A DNA stretch of 64,000 nucleotides from NCBI RefSeq assembly GCF_006345805.1, contig NC_043009.1, positions 13,330,001 to 13,394,000 on the forward strand, read 5' to 3'. A model generated the notes under the pieces. The model was not told the DNA's origin and did no database searches. It worked only from the letters and a program-made list of their open reading frames with translations. Source of the stretch: Octopus sinensis (Eukaryota). A program made the translations under genes and the position numbers. Below are positions 49,217 through 62,930 of this stretch, in pieces (within the stretch, counting starts at the first letter, position 1; each line of letters starts with the position of its first letter).

Positions 49217-49420
49217 AATCTTTTCTTCTATAGGCACAAGGCTTGTGATTCGTGGTGGGGGAGACAGTCGATAACATCGGCCCCAGTACTCAAATATTTC
49301 TTAATTTATCGACCCCGAAAGGATGAAAGGCAAAAACGACCTCAGCGGAATTTGAACTCAGAACGTATCGGCAGACGAAACACTGCTAAGCATATTACTA
49401 AGCGTGCCCACGATTCGACC
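49217..49420 (-). mobile_element. SINE family A next to a compound trinucleotide microsatellite (49060-49216)
   Basis: TTTATCGACCCCGAAAGGATGAAAGGC..CGGAATTTGAACTCAGAACG. Confidence 0.85.
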
Positions 49421-49499
49421 AAATAATAATGATAATAACAGTCCCGATGTAAATGATATAATAGAAAACATGGAATGGATAGAAAATCTGAAAAGAAGT

Positions 49500-50400
49500 C
49501 CCATAGATTAACTCCCTATCATTTATGGATTGCCTATGTTCTTTTGCTAGTGAGAAGACTAAAACAACTCGTTTGTGGAAAAGGTTTGGTAGAACTGCCT
49601 ATTATAGGATTGGAGATTGGGATCTAAGTATGTGGTAATTCATTTGAAAATGACACGTGGGTGACGTGCAGTCGTAATTGTCAACCAGCTTGTGAGGAAG
49701 TTAGTATTTCTGAAATTCTAGACAAAATAAAATATACAAGCTTATCATATACATATCTAATGTTTAAAATGTCAGTGAAAAATATGCTAGTTTTCGGAAA
49801 TTTGATAAGTGCCATTAATATCTGCTAGCAGAAAAACCACCCTCCGGATGGTTTTCTGCTAGCCTCTTGATAATATTTTCACATTTGATACACATCCACA
49901 AGAAAACTGGACACGTATGTCAATGATGAACGTAGTGTTAATTGCACCTAAAGATAGTAATCTATTTGAAAGACTCTACTCTAAGGAGATCAACAAATGC
50001 GAGTACAGTCGTGAGAAAGAAGGCCATAGTTTACGCATGTAAGAGAAAGACCACGTTAGAAGTTTATATACCTCGGAGAGAAAAATTTATTTGAACAGCA
50101 CCTAACTCTGCCTTCAGATTCTCAAAGTCCTATGAGATATTAATAGTAATAGGTACAATAGTAACATCGTGATGGTAGAATGTTGGGCATATACTCTTAT
50201 CCGACTACGGCTTAACTCTGCTACAAAAAGGAAGACGCAGTTCATCACACAAGCTCCCATTGAGTTCCTGTATATCCATTTTCACTCAACCAGGTTGCAT
50301 CCAGTCGAAACTACGCAAGAAGACTCTTGCCTAAATTTAAGTGGAGCAATCTGAAGACATAAAACTATTTCATAGCGTGAGGCCGTGTTTAAGTCCAAAG
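49500..50400 (+). pseudogene. Possible very old LINE RT remnant (RTE/CR1-like)
   Basis: Only scattered motifs: INSLSFMDCL (YADD-region-like) and KFIYLGEK (FxYLG). Confidence 0.3.
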
Positions 50401-52004
50401 GGAGAAGGGAAATGTGATCAAAGCAGTGTAAAGAAAAACGCCGCTTCCATAATATAAGAAAGGGAATATCCGATTATTTTCCTCAATCATCCATTAACTT
50501 AGATGCAAAATAAACAAAACGAAATCAGAATGCGTGCGTGTGTTTGTGCGTGCCCGTGAGCGCACGTTTGTGTGTGCATGCGGGCATGTGTGCAGACGAG
50601 AAGCGATGTAGATGCGGAGTCAGCGGATTCGGTAGTAGTTGCATCTGTATCTCTCAGGACAGCACACTTTCTATATAAATCTTGTGAGTGGACGATTGCC
50701 ATAGAATGACAGCGTGCCACTCAGAGGTTTCATTTCCTTTTGCGCATCTCGAACATATGTTGTTCTTGGAAACCTCAACGTAGTTCTGGGAATTCTCTTG
50801 AATAGGCAACGTCACTCCTTTATCGTTCAGCTCCAGGAGATAAACTCATCGTCTCTCATATCTTCCACTAACTTTAGAATGTGTACGCTAACATTACATT
50901 TTGAAAAATGACGAAGTGGACGGGAAGTTGACGAGAAAAAATGAATAAATAAATTGATGATGATCATGATGATCATGATATCAGTGATGGCAGTGGTGCT
51001 CGTGCTGCTGATGGTAGTTGTAGTATTCATACCGATAGTGGTCGTGGATGGGCTGATGGTTGAGGTGGTGGTATAAAGCAATTCCGGTGGGTTGTTCAAA
51101 TGGCAGATCAATTTTGTCTCGTGAACAGATGAATCAATCTTCCTGTGGCTTCTAACCGCATTATATCTCCCGGGCTATATACTAAGTATAAGCTCTCTTA
51201 GAATATCCTGATGAGCTCAAACAAAGATGAAGTGAAGGATCAATAAAGAATTTGATATCGAAATAAATGTGACAACGGAATGTGCTAAATGTGTTTTCGA
51301 GAATTTCATGCGTTTCTCAGTTCTAATTATGCGATTCATATTAAACTAGACATAATTCACACCTTACTTGAAGATACGATGGAACCAGATTCACGTCACC
51401 CTGCCACATAAATGAATGCATATGTATATTTTAATTTTTTTAACAAAGTCAGAGGTTATAATGAATAATACGGATCGATGGTTTGTGATTTTTGCCTTGT
51501 AATGCCATATATTCAGGTTATGACTTCGTCAATGGAGGAATTGTGAAGTGTTTATAGAACACAGACACCAGCTCACAATACCATTTCCTGAAAATTTTAA
51601 AAATAAAATGTAAAAGTACTAATCATTGACCTGTTTTATATCTTAAAATTTGCATTGTTTATGGGGTTATAAAAAATACACTTATATCTATCAGTTAACG
51701 CTTCATGGAAACTATAAGACAATTTTTATTCATGGATATGTGCGTTTGTTTGTGTTTCTGTGTATGCGTTCGTGTGCGTCTGTGTGTGTGTGCATGTATG
51801 TGTGTGCATGTGTGTGTGCATATGTGTGTGTGTGTGCATGTATGTGTGATGCAAAGAACTGCTATCTGGTGAGATTTTTAATAAACAAACTATTTTATTA
51901 CTGTACACATAGAGAAATGTTACTACTAAAGACAAAACATTGAGAGAGTTTGAATAACATTGTTCTTAGTGTGCGTTTGTAGCACCAGTCAAAATGTCAC
52001 TTTC

Positions 52005-52210
52005 GTATTTTGGCACAAGGCCAGCAGTTTTGAGGGAGAGGCTAAGTCGATTAAATCGACCACGGTGCTCAACTCGTATTTATTTTATCGACGGTAAAAT
52101 GATCAAAGGAAAAGTCAACCACCGAGGAATTTGAACTTAGAATGTTGAGACAGACGAAACGCCGCTAAGCATCATACCCGGTATGCTAAGGATTGTGCCA
52201 GCTCACCGTT
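52005..52210 (-). mobile_element. SINE family A, degenerate
   Basis: AAGTCGATTAAATCGAC..GGAATTTGAACTTAGAA..GTATGCTAAG..TGCCAGCTCACCG. Confidence 0.8.
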
Positions 52211-52884
52211 CTTTCATCAGTCAAAATATTAGCTGGTACACGTTTTGTTGTATGTAATTAGCTATTCAATGTAATTAACTGCTAGTCATATAACTATCTT
52301 CTATTATCCCTCGTTCGCTGTCAGTTCGCTGCTTTTATGTTAGAAGGACATTAGATCCGTTGAGTGACTAATAGTTCAAGGTACCCGAAAAAAACATATT
52401 CGTTGAAAGTATGTAAAATAACCTGGAAACATACAAAAAAACCCAGCGAAATAAAATTCGTTCGTGGGAAACACTGAGGCCCTCTTTTCTTTTTCGGAAA
52501 AAGTGGCTTGCGGCGGGTTAGGAGGTCAGATAAGTTTAATGCACTGTGGAAAAAATCTGTGGAAAAGAATTATTTCACACCGAGGTACGAACGGCTCCTT
52601 TAAAAAATATTTACCCACTTTTTAATAATTAAAATATTGTCTGTTTAAAGAAAGCTAAAATATAAATTCTTACTGTACAAACAATTTGTACTTTTAAGTC
52701 ATTTTCACTTAAAAATATTTTTTAAATATGTCAACAAACATTTTTGTAATGGTATTCATTTAAAAATATATTTGTTAAGAAATTAAAATGTTGTCTATTT
52801 AAAAAAAAAGCCAAAATATAAATACTTACTGTAGAAAAAACTTGTATTTTTGAAATCACATTCACTTACAAATATTTCTTAATT

Positions 52885-52978
52885 TTTTTATTGCCCAGAA
52901 GGGGCTAAACAGATAGGGGACAAGCAAGGACAGACAAATGGATTAAGTCGATTACATCGACCCCGGTGCGTAAAATAT
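52885..52978 (-). mobile_element. SINE family A tail fragment
   Basis: AAGGGGCTAAACA..AAGGACAGACAAATGGATTAAGTCGATTACATCGACCCC. Confidence 0.8.
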
Positions 52979-54141
52979 TGTGTTTAACAAAAGCGAAAAT
53001 AGAAACATTTACTATAAAAGCAACTCATACTTTTTCGTTGGGTAGTGGAACTCACTAAGACTCTTGTCCAGGTCATGAAGCTTGTCTTCAAAATACAGAA
53101 GACAATGAACATAATCGAAAGGTTGGAGTTTCTTCCCTTTCAGGGTTATTTTATTTTCGGAGTATTTACTCATTATGCAACGTTTTGGGTATTTATGAAT
53201 ACCCACAAAACACCCAATATCTCAGGAAACCTTAGTCCGATTTATGCGAAACTTTTTTATTCTGTTTGTATTCACCTTAATTCATAATAGTTTCCCATTA
53301 TGCGCCAGTTTGGTTTTATTAAAAAAACAGACAAGCAAGCAAGTAATCAGAAACGTAGATAGATAGATAGTTAGATAGATAGATAGATAGATGATAGATA
53401 GTTAGCAAGTATGCATTCTAAGAACTACTCAATATATAACCTACTCAAAATAATTAAAATCATCTATATTTGATAAAAATTGATAATTATAGGCTGATGT
53501 TGCAGTTTCGAGATAATCTTCAGAGTACTACAATGAGATAAATATGAAAGGTAACTGAAGTTCGTTAAAATGTTTAACAAACCAAATTATGTCAATATAA
53601 AACATTGCCACCAACCTTACTTATTAAAATTTTCTCGAATCCTGCTCGATTTTTGAACATTCAACTAATCAACGAATATTTCGGAAGATATCAAATATTA
53701 AATGAATGCTCGGTAAGAAGCTACTTTAATAATAACATGAATAACATCTGAAACACCTGGTCCGAGAGAAAGAGAAGACGGAAAGGAAAATTAATCGTGT
53801 GCTTTACTTAATTAATCATAGTAGCTTCGCCAATGGCTTGGATCTTCATTAAACTACTTGAATTAGTTAATAGTTCCTTTTGACCTATAATTATTATTAG
53901 ATAATTAAGTATTTAATAAAATCTCTAATGCACTTTCGTATTTTACAGTTAAACTGTGACAGTAATTTTGCACATTATAACAAATCCAGAATTACTAAAT
54001 TTGACACAATCATTTAGCAAGGCAATAAAATCTTGTGCATGAGCCATTACATCAGTAAATGTCACCTACAAGTTATCTGCATGGTTAGAGATAATCTTTA
54101 AAACCTTTTATTATCAATGAGAATGTGATGCATGTATTAGA

Positions 54142-54188
<47 letters not shown>

Positions 54189-54225
54189 TATTATTATTAT
54201 TATTATTATTATCATCATCATCATT

Positions 54226-55490
54226 ATTTTCTCCTTCTTTCTTCAAACTTTTTTCTATTTCTCGTCGAGTGTTTTCCGTACACCTAGGGCAGAGAAGCTA
54301 ATTTTATGCATTCCTAGATTACACACGCAAATTCACAGGTAAACTATGCATTTAAAAAATAAATAAATAAAGAAATTCATGAATGGATGTTGTTTTCACA
54401 GCGATCATGCTCTTCTCAGTACATGAGGCGTTCCAGTTAACACGATTTTTTACACTTCCTGTAGGGATGGTAAGCCTGGTATCATTTTCAAATGGGTTTA
54501 AGTACCCTTTTTTTTCCATTCCTCGAGATCCTACAATCACTGGTACTGTAACTGCCTTCTATTATTAAGTCTTTATATTTACTGATCTTGTCAAATTCTT
54601 TCACCGCTATATTGTGATCGCAAGGAATACTCAAGTCAATTAATAAACACCCCTTTGTTGTCTGACCTTTTATAATAATATCCGGTTTATTAGCTTTTAT
54701 AGTTTTGTCGGTATGTATGGGGAAGTCCCAGAGAATCGACACATTTTCTCCTTCAGTCACAGCTTCAGGATGTCATTTATACCATTCATACCATTTGCAA
54801 ACATATTGTCCAATGTAAATACTGGCCGACTCTGGCATTGCTTGCTTTATATTCTACAGGTACTAAGACTCTACACCCTGAGATTAGGTGGTCTATACTT
54901 TCAATATTATCCTTACAGTATCGGCATTTTGGGTCAGCTCCAGTTTTTATCCCATTGGCTTGGTAGTTCCGGGTTAATAAGCTTTGGTCTTGAGCAGCTA
55001 ATATGAAACCTTCACTCTCTGATTTTAGCCCTGAACTTTGTAACCTTTTATGCGTGTGTTTCTTGTCAACATCAGCTTGTTAGCTACGGGCCACATACTT
55101 GCCATGGAGAGGTTTCTGTTCCCATCTGCTAGCTAATTTTTCATGTGATTTTGTTTTTGCAATTAATTTTATTTTCTTTGCGGCAGCAGTTGGCGCATTT
55201 CCTTCAACCTGATCAATCTGGTAGGTATCTAAGAGGTCAGTAGCGAAGTTTTTGCTCTCTTCCAGAATAAAGTAAAGTTTTTTCGGTCTTTCATGTTTTT
55301 CAACAAGTTTTAGCATCCAATCATTGGTTGTTTCACAGTATTCGGCCAGTCCTATTGTGGTGGTTTTTGTACGGATGTTCAAGCTGGATCAAGCTTCGAC
55401 CTCCCTCAGCTCTGGGAAGGTAAAGACGATCCACGTCTGCTTTGGATGGTGCATCTTATTACAAATCAGTTGCTTGCGGATTTTTCTATC
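54226..55490 (-). mobile_element. R4/Dong-like LINE, 5'-truncated, between (TAA)n tracts
   Basis: WEQKPLHGKY, then ILWDFPIHTDKTIKANKPDIII..LIDLSIPCDHNIAVKEFDKISKYKDL (RLE PD-(D/E)xK), 3' UTR and (TAA)n tail. Confidence 0.88.
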
Positions 55491-55509
55491 AATTATTATT
55501 ATTATTATG

Positions 55510-56010
55510 AATATTGAGTGAGAGAGCAGTGAATGCTATGAAAGTGACACTGGGGTAAAATATACGAAGCCCAGTATACCCATCATGACTACCGTCTGAT
55601 AAGGGTGCACGAGGCACATGCATCACAACCACAAGTGTGCGACACAGCGATCTCATATCAAGATAAACAGCACATGACCTTGCAGGTAGGACCCAGTTAG
55701 AATTTTCTTCAGGTTGAGTAGCCCATCCTGCTTAAGTGGTCCCTGAATAAGGGTTGTTTAAGGATGTTGAACGAACCGCTCATGTTTCCGAAGGTGAATT
55801 ATCAAAACCTTCAAGAATTCCTCTCAACACATGGCTATGATGCTCCCCCACTACTTCTGCTCGTGATCAGAGATGCACATATCATCAGCCACTAAGGGAC
55901 ATGCTCAACTGGTTAAGGTCAAACAACTGACAAGCAAATCTGTGGTATTGAGCAGAATATTTGCTGTAGCCCATCTTTTATACCAAGACAAACCAATGTA
56001 AATGATAACA
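55510..56010 (-). mobile_element. ~500-bp non-coding interspersed repeat ending in (TAA)n, with a structured 5' end
   Basis: No ORF, bounded by TAA tracts. The minus strand has TATAAAAG followed by nested stems (TTCTGCTC/GAGCAGAA, GTCAGTT/GGCTGAT). Repeat status is from recollection and is not shown within this window. Confidence 0.5.
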
Positions 56011-56028
56011 CTTCCAATCATATTATCA

Positions 56029-56100
<72 letters not shown>

Positions 56101-56203
56101 TATTATTATTACTTTATGCTTAATGAAAATATGAAATAATGGAATAATGAATTAATGGGAGGGAAACAAAAACTCGGAAATGTGAACATATTATTACTAC
56201 TAC

Positions 56204-56259
<56 letters not shown>

Positions 56260-56284
56260 TATTATTATTATTATTATTACTATT

Positions 56285-57075
56285 CAGTATTATTTGTTTC
56301 ACGTGTTTTCTCGGCACTACCGAGCGCAGCTCAGTGTGCGGTGCCTAGTAGTGCTATTTTCTGTGTTATATACACATCTTAGTCCTGGTGCTTTTGTTAT
56401 GTGTTTGTGTGAACTTCTTTTTGTTATTATACCTAATACGGCTACTATACTAGGAATTGCTTCAGTTTTTAGATTCCACATTGTGTTACTACTATTTCTA
56501 GATCTTTGTATTTTGAAAGTTTCTCACCGTCTTCTAGAGAAATGTTGTCATCTGTTGGTATTGATACATCAATTAAAAAGCATTTTTCTTCTTCATGGTC
56601 TCCCTATTAGCCTTAATTTCTCTGTGTGTATTATTGCTTTCTCATTTCTCTCTGTTGTTATTCCATAGTGTTTGTATAGCTTCCAGTGTAGGCCTCAACT
56701 CCAGTGTAGGTCCCAACTCTGTTGTCTCTGTGAATATATTACTTCCTAACCAGGATTGGGAAGCCAGGGAGAATATGTCTTATTGTTTCTTCCCCATCAC
56801 CACATATTCTGAAGTTACTTATATCTCTTTTCACTGCGTGTATTTGGTCATTTCCTGGTGGGAAATCTTTGATCTTGTGCTGCAATTTAAAATCCCTCGA
56901 GTGTTCTTAGGATTCTCGAAGAATGTAGGATTTACTTCCAATTTCTTTCAGTCTTTTAGGCAGTATTTTGGATGTTGTGCTAAGTACATCAATTACTAGA
57001 TGAATAATTGTCGTCTTGACCTTCCACAGTGCGACCACCTCTCTGTCTAGATCCTGATACTTCTCAATTTTTTCC
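56285..57075 (-). mobile_element. Two fused R4/Dong-like 3' fragments (~56285-56900 and ~56900-57075)
   Basis: AAQDQ, FRICGDGEETIRH, WKLYKHYG, MWNLKTEAIP; second piece KIEKYQDL..STTSKILPKRLKEIG matches the 43590 family. Confidence 0.75.
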
Positions 57076-57133
57076 ATGACTTTGCTGCTCTTGTTGTTTT
57101 TGTTATTACTATTATTATCATTGTTGTTGTTGC

Positions 57134-57194
<61 letters not shown>

Positions 57195-57196
<2 letters not shown>

Positions 57197-57266
57197 GGTA
57201 GCGAGCTGGCAGAGTTGTTAGGACGCCGGGCATAATACTTAGCAGCAGTTCGTCCGTCTTTACGTT
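57195..57266 (+). mobile_element. SINE family A head fragment
   Basis: AAGGTAGCGAGCTGGCAGAGTTGTTAGGACGCCGGGC. Confidence 0.75.
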
Positions 57267-60200
57267 TATCAAAAGAACTGAGTATTTGATGCAACTATGC
57301 CCCCCGCTGCACAAACAGTTTACAACAAAATGCAAATTCCCCACAGATCTTCTAACAAACTTAATTTTATATTTGTTGATTCCTTTTTCGTATTTTCATT
57401 TAATTTCATGGAACCAACTGGAGAATGGAGAGCTCTCACAACTTTCTGGTGCGTATTTTTTTGAATTCTTCAGGATTCAATAATGGATTTTCTTGTGTGA
57501 GTTTTTACGTATTACAAAATAATTTGGAATCTCACAAATTCTAACACATACTATTTCTAGATATATTTTAGCCATTATTCTACTGGTCAAATGCATTTCA
57601 TGGGTCAATTTTGGTTTAGCCTTCAAAGAATTATTATAAGCTCACTATTATAGATGTGTTTATTTCGTTTTCAGTTTATATTCTATTTTTAGGTACTGAT
57701 GTTAAATATCTCTTTTGTGTTCTACTAGAATCGACTGAAATTTTGAAAGGATCAAATATTGTGCAATAAGTAGAGATATTTTATTATATAGCGCACCAGA
57801 TCAGTCTAATAAACATGCGAGCATTAAACGATATCTTTACCGAGAAATTCTACCAGTTGATTATATCTCATTCTTTCATTCTATATCAATATTAGCGGTC
57901 GTTAATCTCCTCATTCTATGTAGACTGCTATGTTGTCGTGTAGGACGTGATTTTAGAAAGGAAAACGATCTATCTAAGTACTCGCTTAAACAATATTTAC
58001 GACTTAAACCATTTTCATTAGAATATTTCAGTCTCTAAATTCTCTAAATTTCCCATCAAGTGAAGTATCATCTTTAGTTATTTCTTTTATGCACAAGCAA
58101 GTTCTACAGCGTCAGTTCCTGTAATTAGATAACCTCAGCTGCTGATAAATATCGAGTTGCTAAGAGACGAAACAAATTGCTTTTTCCCATTGGCCTTTCC
58201 AATTGATTTTTGGGGGTCTTCTCAATATTAACCATTTTCAAGGAATAAAATGCCATACTGACCTCCAACAATAATCAATGGTCTATAGAACCATCACCCG
58301 TCTCATGTGGGGATGGGGTAGACTGGAGGGAAAACGTTTGGCATCAGAATTAGCAACATGGCTGAGCTTCGGTGAAAAAGTTTATTTCTCTGTGGTTTTT
58401 GGTAATGGAAATCTGTAAATGAAACCGATACACATTTGAAAATTTTAAATATTATATTTGGAGAGTTTAGATTGTTGCGAATTTAAGTCCTTTTCTCACC
58501 GTCAAATAATGACAACATTATATAATCTGTCTAGTTTGCCAATATGATTTTTATAAGAAAAATGTTTCCAACACATCAAAAATGTTAAAAAAAACGCATA
58601 AATATATCGGTAGCAGAGGAAAATGATAATTGAAAAGTTATTGATGCTGCAACTACGTCCTTACGTATGCATTCTCAAGACGAATACTGCGGACCGCAGT
58701 CTGCGGTTAGGCGGGCTTTCGAAAATGTATCTATTTTAAATATGAAATACACAAAGACACAGACAGACACACACATATATTATATATATATATATATATA
58801 TACCAGCAGGCATATATACGTTTATATCAAACTCTCATATGTATAGAGAAGAACTGAAGTTAATGTTATATTCAAAATAAATCGGACCTACTCGCATTTT
58901 ATACATAGAAGTGTCTGTTGCCTATTATCTGTAACAAAACATCTTCATCGTAATTAAACATTATAGATTCACAATAAATATCAAAAGAAAAATACAGAGA
59001 ATAGAAAATAATGTACATTCTATCACCGCACATGATGCTCAGATCTGACTTACAAAATACATAAAACACTAAAAAATATTGTTGCTATGCAACAGTTAAC
59101 TTTGAATGCATTCGTTTTCTAATGGAATTGGCTTAAACGCCTTTGGTCGTAGACAAATTCGGTTGCAGCTGACCTAGAGTCAAACTTCATAAATATAGAT
59201 ACTTATACATGCATACATACCTACAGACAGACACACACACACACACGTACACAAAAACGCATATATGTATATATATATATATATATATATTTATAAAATC
59301 ACTATAAAAAATATCTTTGCAGTGAGTTAAGTAAGCAACTTCACCGCTACAAACTTAAAGTATGAAATAACCTGTTAAGACTAAATTTCTCGAAGATTCT
59401 ACTTTTAAACATCACTGCTACACTATACTAGACTACACAAATCAACTAGAGAAAGTCCATGATGTCATATGACATGCTAGAAGTAGTAGCCAAATCTACT
59501 TCAATTCGTATATTAAAAGACACGAAGACATTAGATAATATGTTAGGTGTCTCTAAAATGACAAAAAATTCCAGGTTACAAATGTTTTATCATGTGTTGC
59601 TCGATTAGGTGTGAGGTACCCTAATGCTCAGCTACAACACTACAATGGAAGTATTTTATAGAAAATAAATATTCGACAGCAATATATTGTACAACAGCGA
59701 CGCTTATACTACTATACTGTGAGAATATATATGCAGAAAACGATACCAAATGCGATTTATTGAATTATCAGCATAGTACATCTTGTAATCACACCGAACA
59801 TGTGAAACACTAACACCACCAAAGCAAAAAAAATAATAATAAATAAAATAAAAAGAAACCAGAAATCTCATTCCATACATTCTATATTCAAATAGAGGCG
59901 GTACTATAGTAATACCATAAATAATAAACTATCACAAATATATAAAAAAAAAACAAAGAAAGAAGCGTAGATGTGGCATACAAACACGATACTACAGTGC
60001 TAAATGTAAATGCTGCATACAGCTCGGGTGCATGATGGTAAAAATATTTGGTGTAGCAGAAACTCGCACGAATTATACGAGCAAAAAATTATCTACAATA
60101 GCGAGAGAAATATTAATAATCGGCAAAAGACATTTTTGTTTTGTTGTATCCAAGAAATTTAATTGAAAATATCCTTAGGTAATTTATTCCTAAAGATTAA

Positions 60201-61249
60201 AGTACTGCATGAAACAGATTGAAAATTAACAGGTACTATTACAGCATATTAGGAAGTGCTGGATATTTGATAAGACATTCTGAAATAGGGAAGGCAAAGT
60301 ATCTCTTCTAGTTGACGGCTGAGGAAATGAAGCTTCACGAAAATGCGTTCCAGTTGAGTGGAAATCAGAAAATATATGTTAACCGAGATCTGAGATTTAT
60401 CGTTGGTATAATCGGTTCATTATTGGGAAAAAGTGTTGAAGAGAAATTATATGAATGGAAATAATTTAGGAGATAGGTAGGTGCATAAGCTAAAGGATAT
60501 GCACACACACAATTACATACGCACACACAACTATTTAGTCATACACACACATGCGCAAACATATACACACGCACAAGCACACACATACACGTGCATATAC
60601 ATACAACGAGAGAAGCACAGATATGTTGAGAGACAGAAATGCATATATGGTGGAACAGATATAAGTGTATATGCATATAATATACGCGCCTACTTGTTAC
60701 ACACATAAACACACATCGCACTCTCTCTGTATATAAACATATATACATTTATATACATACATATATACATATACATACATATATACAAACACACACACAT
60801 GTATATGTTTGTATATATATGTACGGGGGGGGAGAGATATGGTTACATAGACAGACACATAGCATACATAATGTTGTATAGGTGAGTATATTGTTATGCC
60901 GTGCATTGAGCTACACACAAAGCAAACTCAAGCATCCACACACGCCCATACACATACAGTCTAAAGAACAGCAGAGTATAAACGAGCAGAGGGCCTCCAT
61001 GTTGTTTACGTAACAATTATAATTGCTTGAAGACAATTCCTGTTCTTTTCATCATGACAGTATTTTTCTCTTTGTTACGATATTGTGTGAATAGTAATCC
61101 TTCACGTACGTCCATTGTATTATCCTTTCCTAGGAATTTACACACACTTACACACGCGCGCACACACACACACATATATATATATACATATATACGTATA
61201 AATATATACATGCATACACACACACACACTCATATATATAAATACACAT

Positions 61250-62020
61250 CGACCTAACAAACTACCTCTCTACCAGATAACTCGTAATCCAATATATACG
61301 ACAACCCACCAAAACAGACACCAACATACGCATCCATAGCCCTACCTTTACCCAGGTAACACCCCTAATCCGATTAAACGAACTCGAGACGTCATATGGT
61401 TCCACCACTCCGTTTCATCCTTAACGTCCAGACTCAAGTACCCAAACTCTCCTTCGTCTTACGCGAAAAATATTTCCCTATATCTAACCCCTTAGAAAAA
61501 TGCTTAACTCTCAATCCATAAAATGATCCTACTCCAACACCACCAACATTTCCGGAGTTATCCGACATCTTAACATGAAATTCCAAAATCTACTAACGGG
61601 TAACCCCCACCCTAGTAAATAAATTCAACCTAACCTCCAATTCTATACATACAAACCCAATACACCAACTGACACCCCATAACAAAACAAACCGTTATAA
61701 CTACAACTATAGTGCCATTGCAAACACTCGGCCCTTAAATTTAGCACAACACCTAAATATACCTCCTGCTATATCAGGGAATACCACAGAGGACACCACC
61801 GGATACAATAATTACAATACCCTACAACCCAACAACATCACACTCAACTCCTTAACAATTGATAACCTTTGCATCAACTATAATAACGAACCAAAATCCG
61901 ATTCCTTACTAAATAATAATCCTCTCAGAAGCTCATGCGGAGGACTCCCTACAAACCTATGCAACTACAGATGCCCAAACTCCTGTCTCTGTAAATTTGA
62001 TCATGTAACGGGAATGTAAA
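61250..62020 (+). pseudogene. Degenerate Penelope-like 3' region
   Basis: Pieces such as YSNTTNISGVIRHLN, a YI..RYNNY-like segment and a C-rich strand bias resemble the PLE linker and GIY-YIG region; heavily decayed. Confidence 0.4.
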
Positions 62021-62207
62021 CTGAAGCATTTATTTTCGGGAATATGCATGCATTCATTAAATAAGTATATACATACATACATACATTCTCATACGCGCAA
62101 ACACACACACTCACACATACATATTGTGTTTGCGCCTTTAAACATACATAAGTCGTATTCCAAGTGAATTCTTTACTTGTCTAGAGCGTTATTGCATTAT
62201 TGTGATA

Positions 62208-62535
62208 GCAAAAGGCAGCGAGTTGGCAGAGTCGTTAGTACGCCGGGCGAAATGCTTACCGGTATTTCGTCTGCCGCTACGTTCTGAGTTCAAATTCCGC
62301 CGAAGTCGACTTTGCCTTTCATCCTTTCGGGGTCGATTAAATAAGTACTATTTACGGTCTGGGGTCGATATAATCAACTTAATCCGTGTGTCTGTCCTTG
62401 TTTGTCCTCTCTGTGTTTAGCCCCTTGGGGGTAGTAAAGATATAGGTATTACCAGTTACGCACTGGGCTCGATGTAATTTACTTAATCCGTTCGTCTGTC
62501 CTTGTTTGTCCCCTATATGTTTAGCCCCTTGTAAA
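62208..62535 (+). mobile_element. SINE family A with a duplicated tail
   Basis: Full head and body; TTAATCCGT..TGTCCTTGTTTGTCC..TTTAGCCCCTTG occurs twice. Confidence 0.9.
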
Positions 62536-62634
62536 ATTCAAAGGCACAGAGTAACGTAAATTTCATAACAATTTTAGTCCCATATTTTGACATTTCGTTT
62601 TCATTCAGCATCTACAATAAAAATATTACAGAGG

Positions 62635-62930
62635 AATGATGAAGATGAGGATGATGATGATGATGTTGATAATGAGAGAAAGAGAAAAAAAGATCATGGT
62701 GAAGAAGATGAAAAGGAAGGAGTAGGCGGAGGAGGTGGAGAAGGAGAGAAAGAAGAAGAAGAAGAAGAAGAAGAAGAAGAAGAAGAAGAAGAAGAAGAAG
62801 AAGAAGAAGAAGAGAAAGAAGAAAATTAAGGAAAGAGGAAAATATGATAATGATAACGCTGATGATGGAAAAAAAGAACAACAACAAAAACAACAACAAC
62901 AACAACAGCAAAAGAAATAAGAATGGAAAA
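62635..62930. repeat. Compound (GAT)n/(GGA)n/(GAA)n/(CAA)n microsatellite
   Basis: Directly visible. Confidence 0.9.

Noticed and set aside
51200-51245. CTGATGAGCTC hammerhead-like start
   Set aside because: No properly placed GAAA and stem III.
58684-58712. Overlapping palindromes ACTGCGGACCGCAGTCTGCGGT
   Set aside because: Too short and isolated to assign any function.
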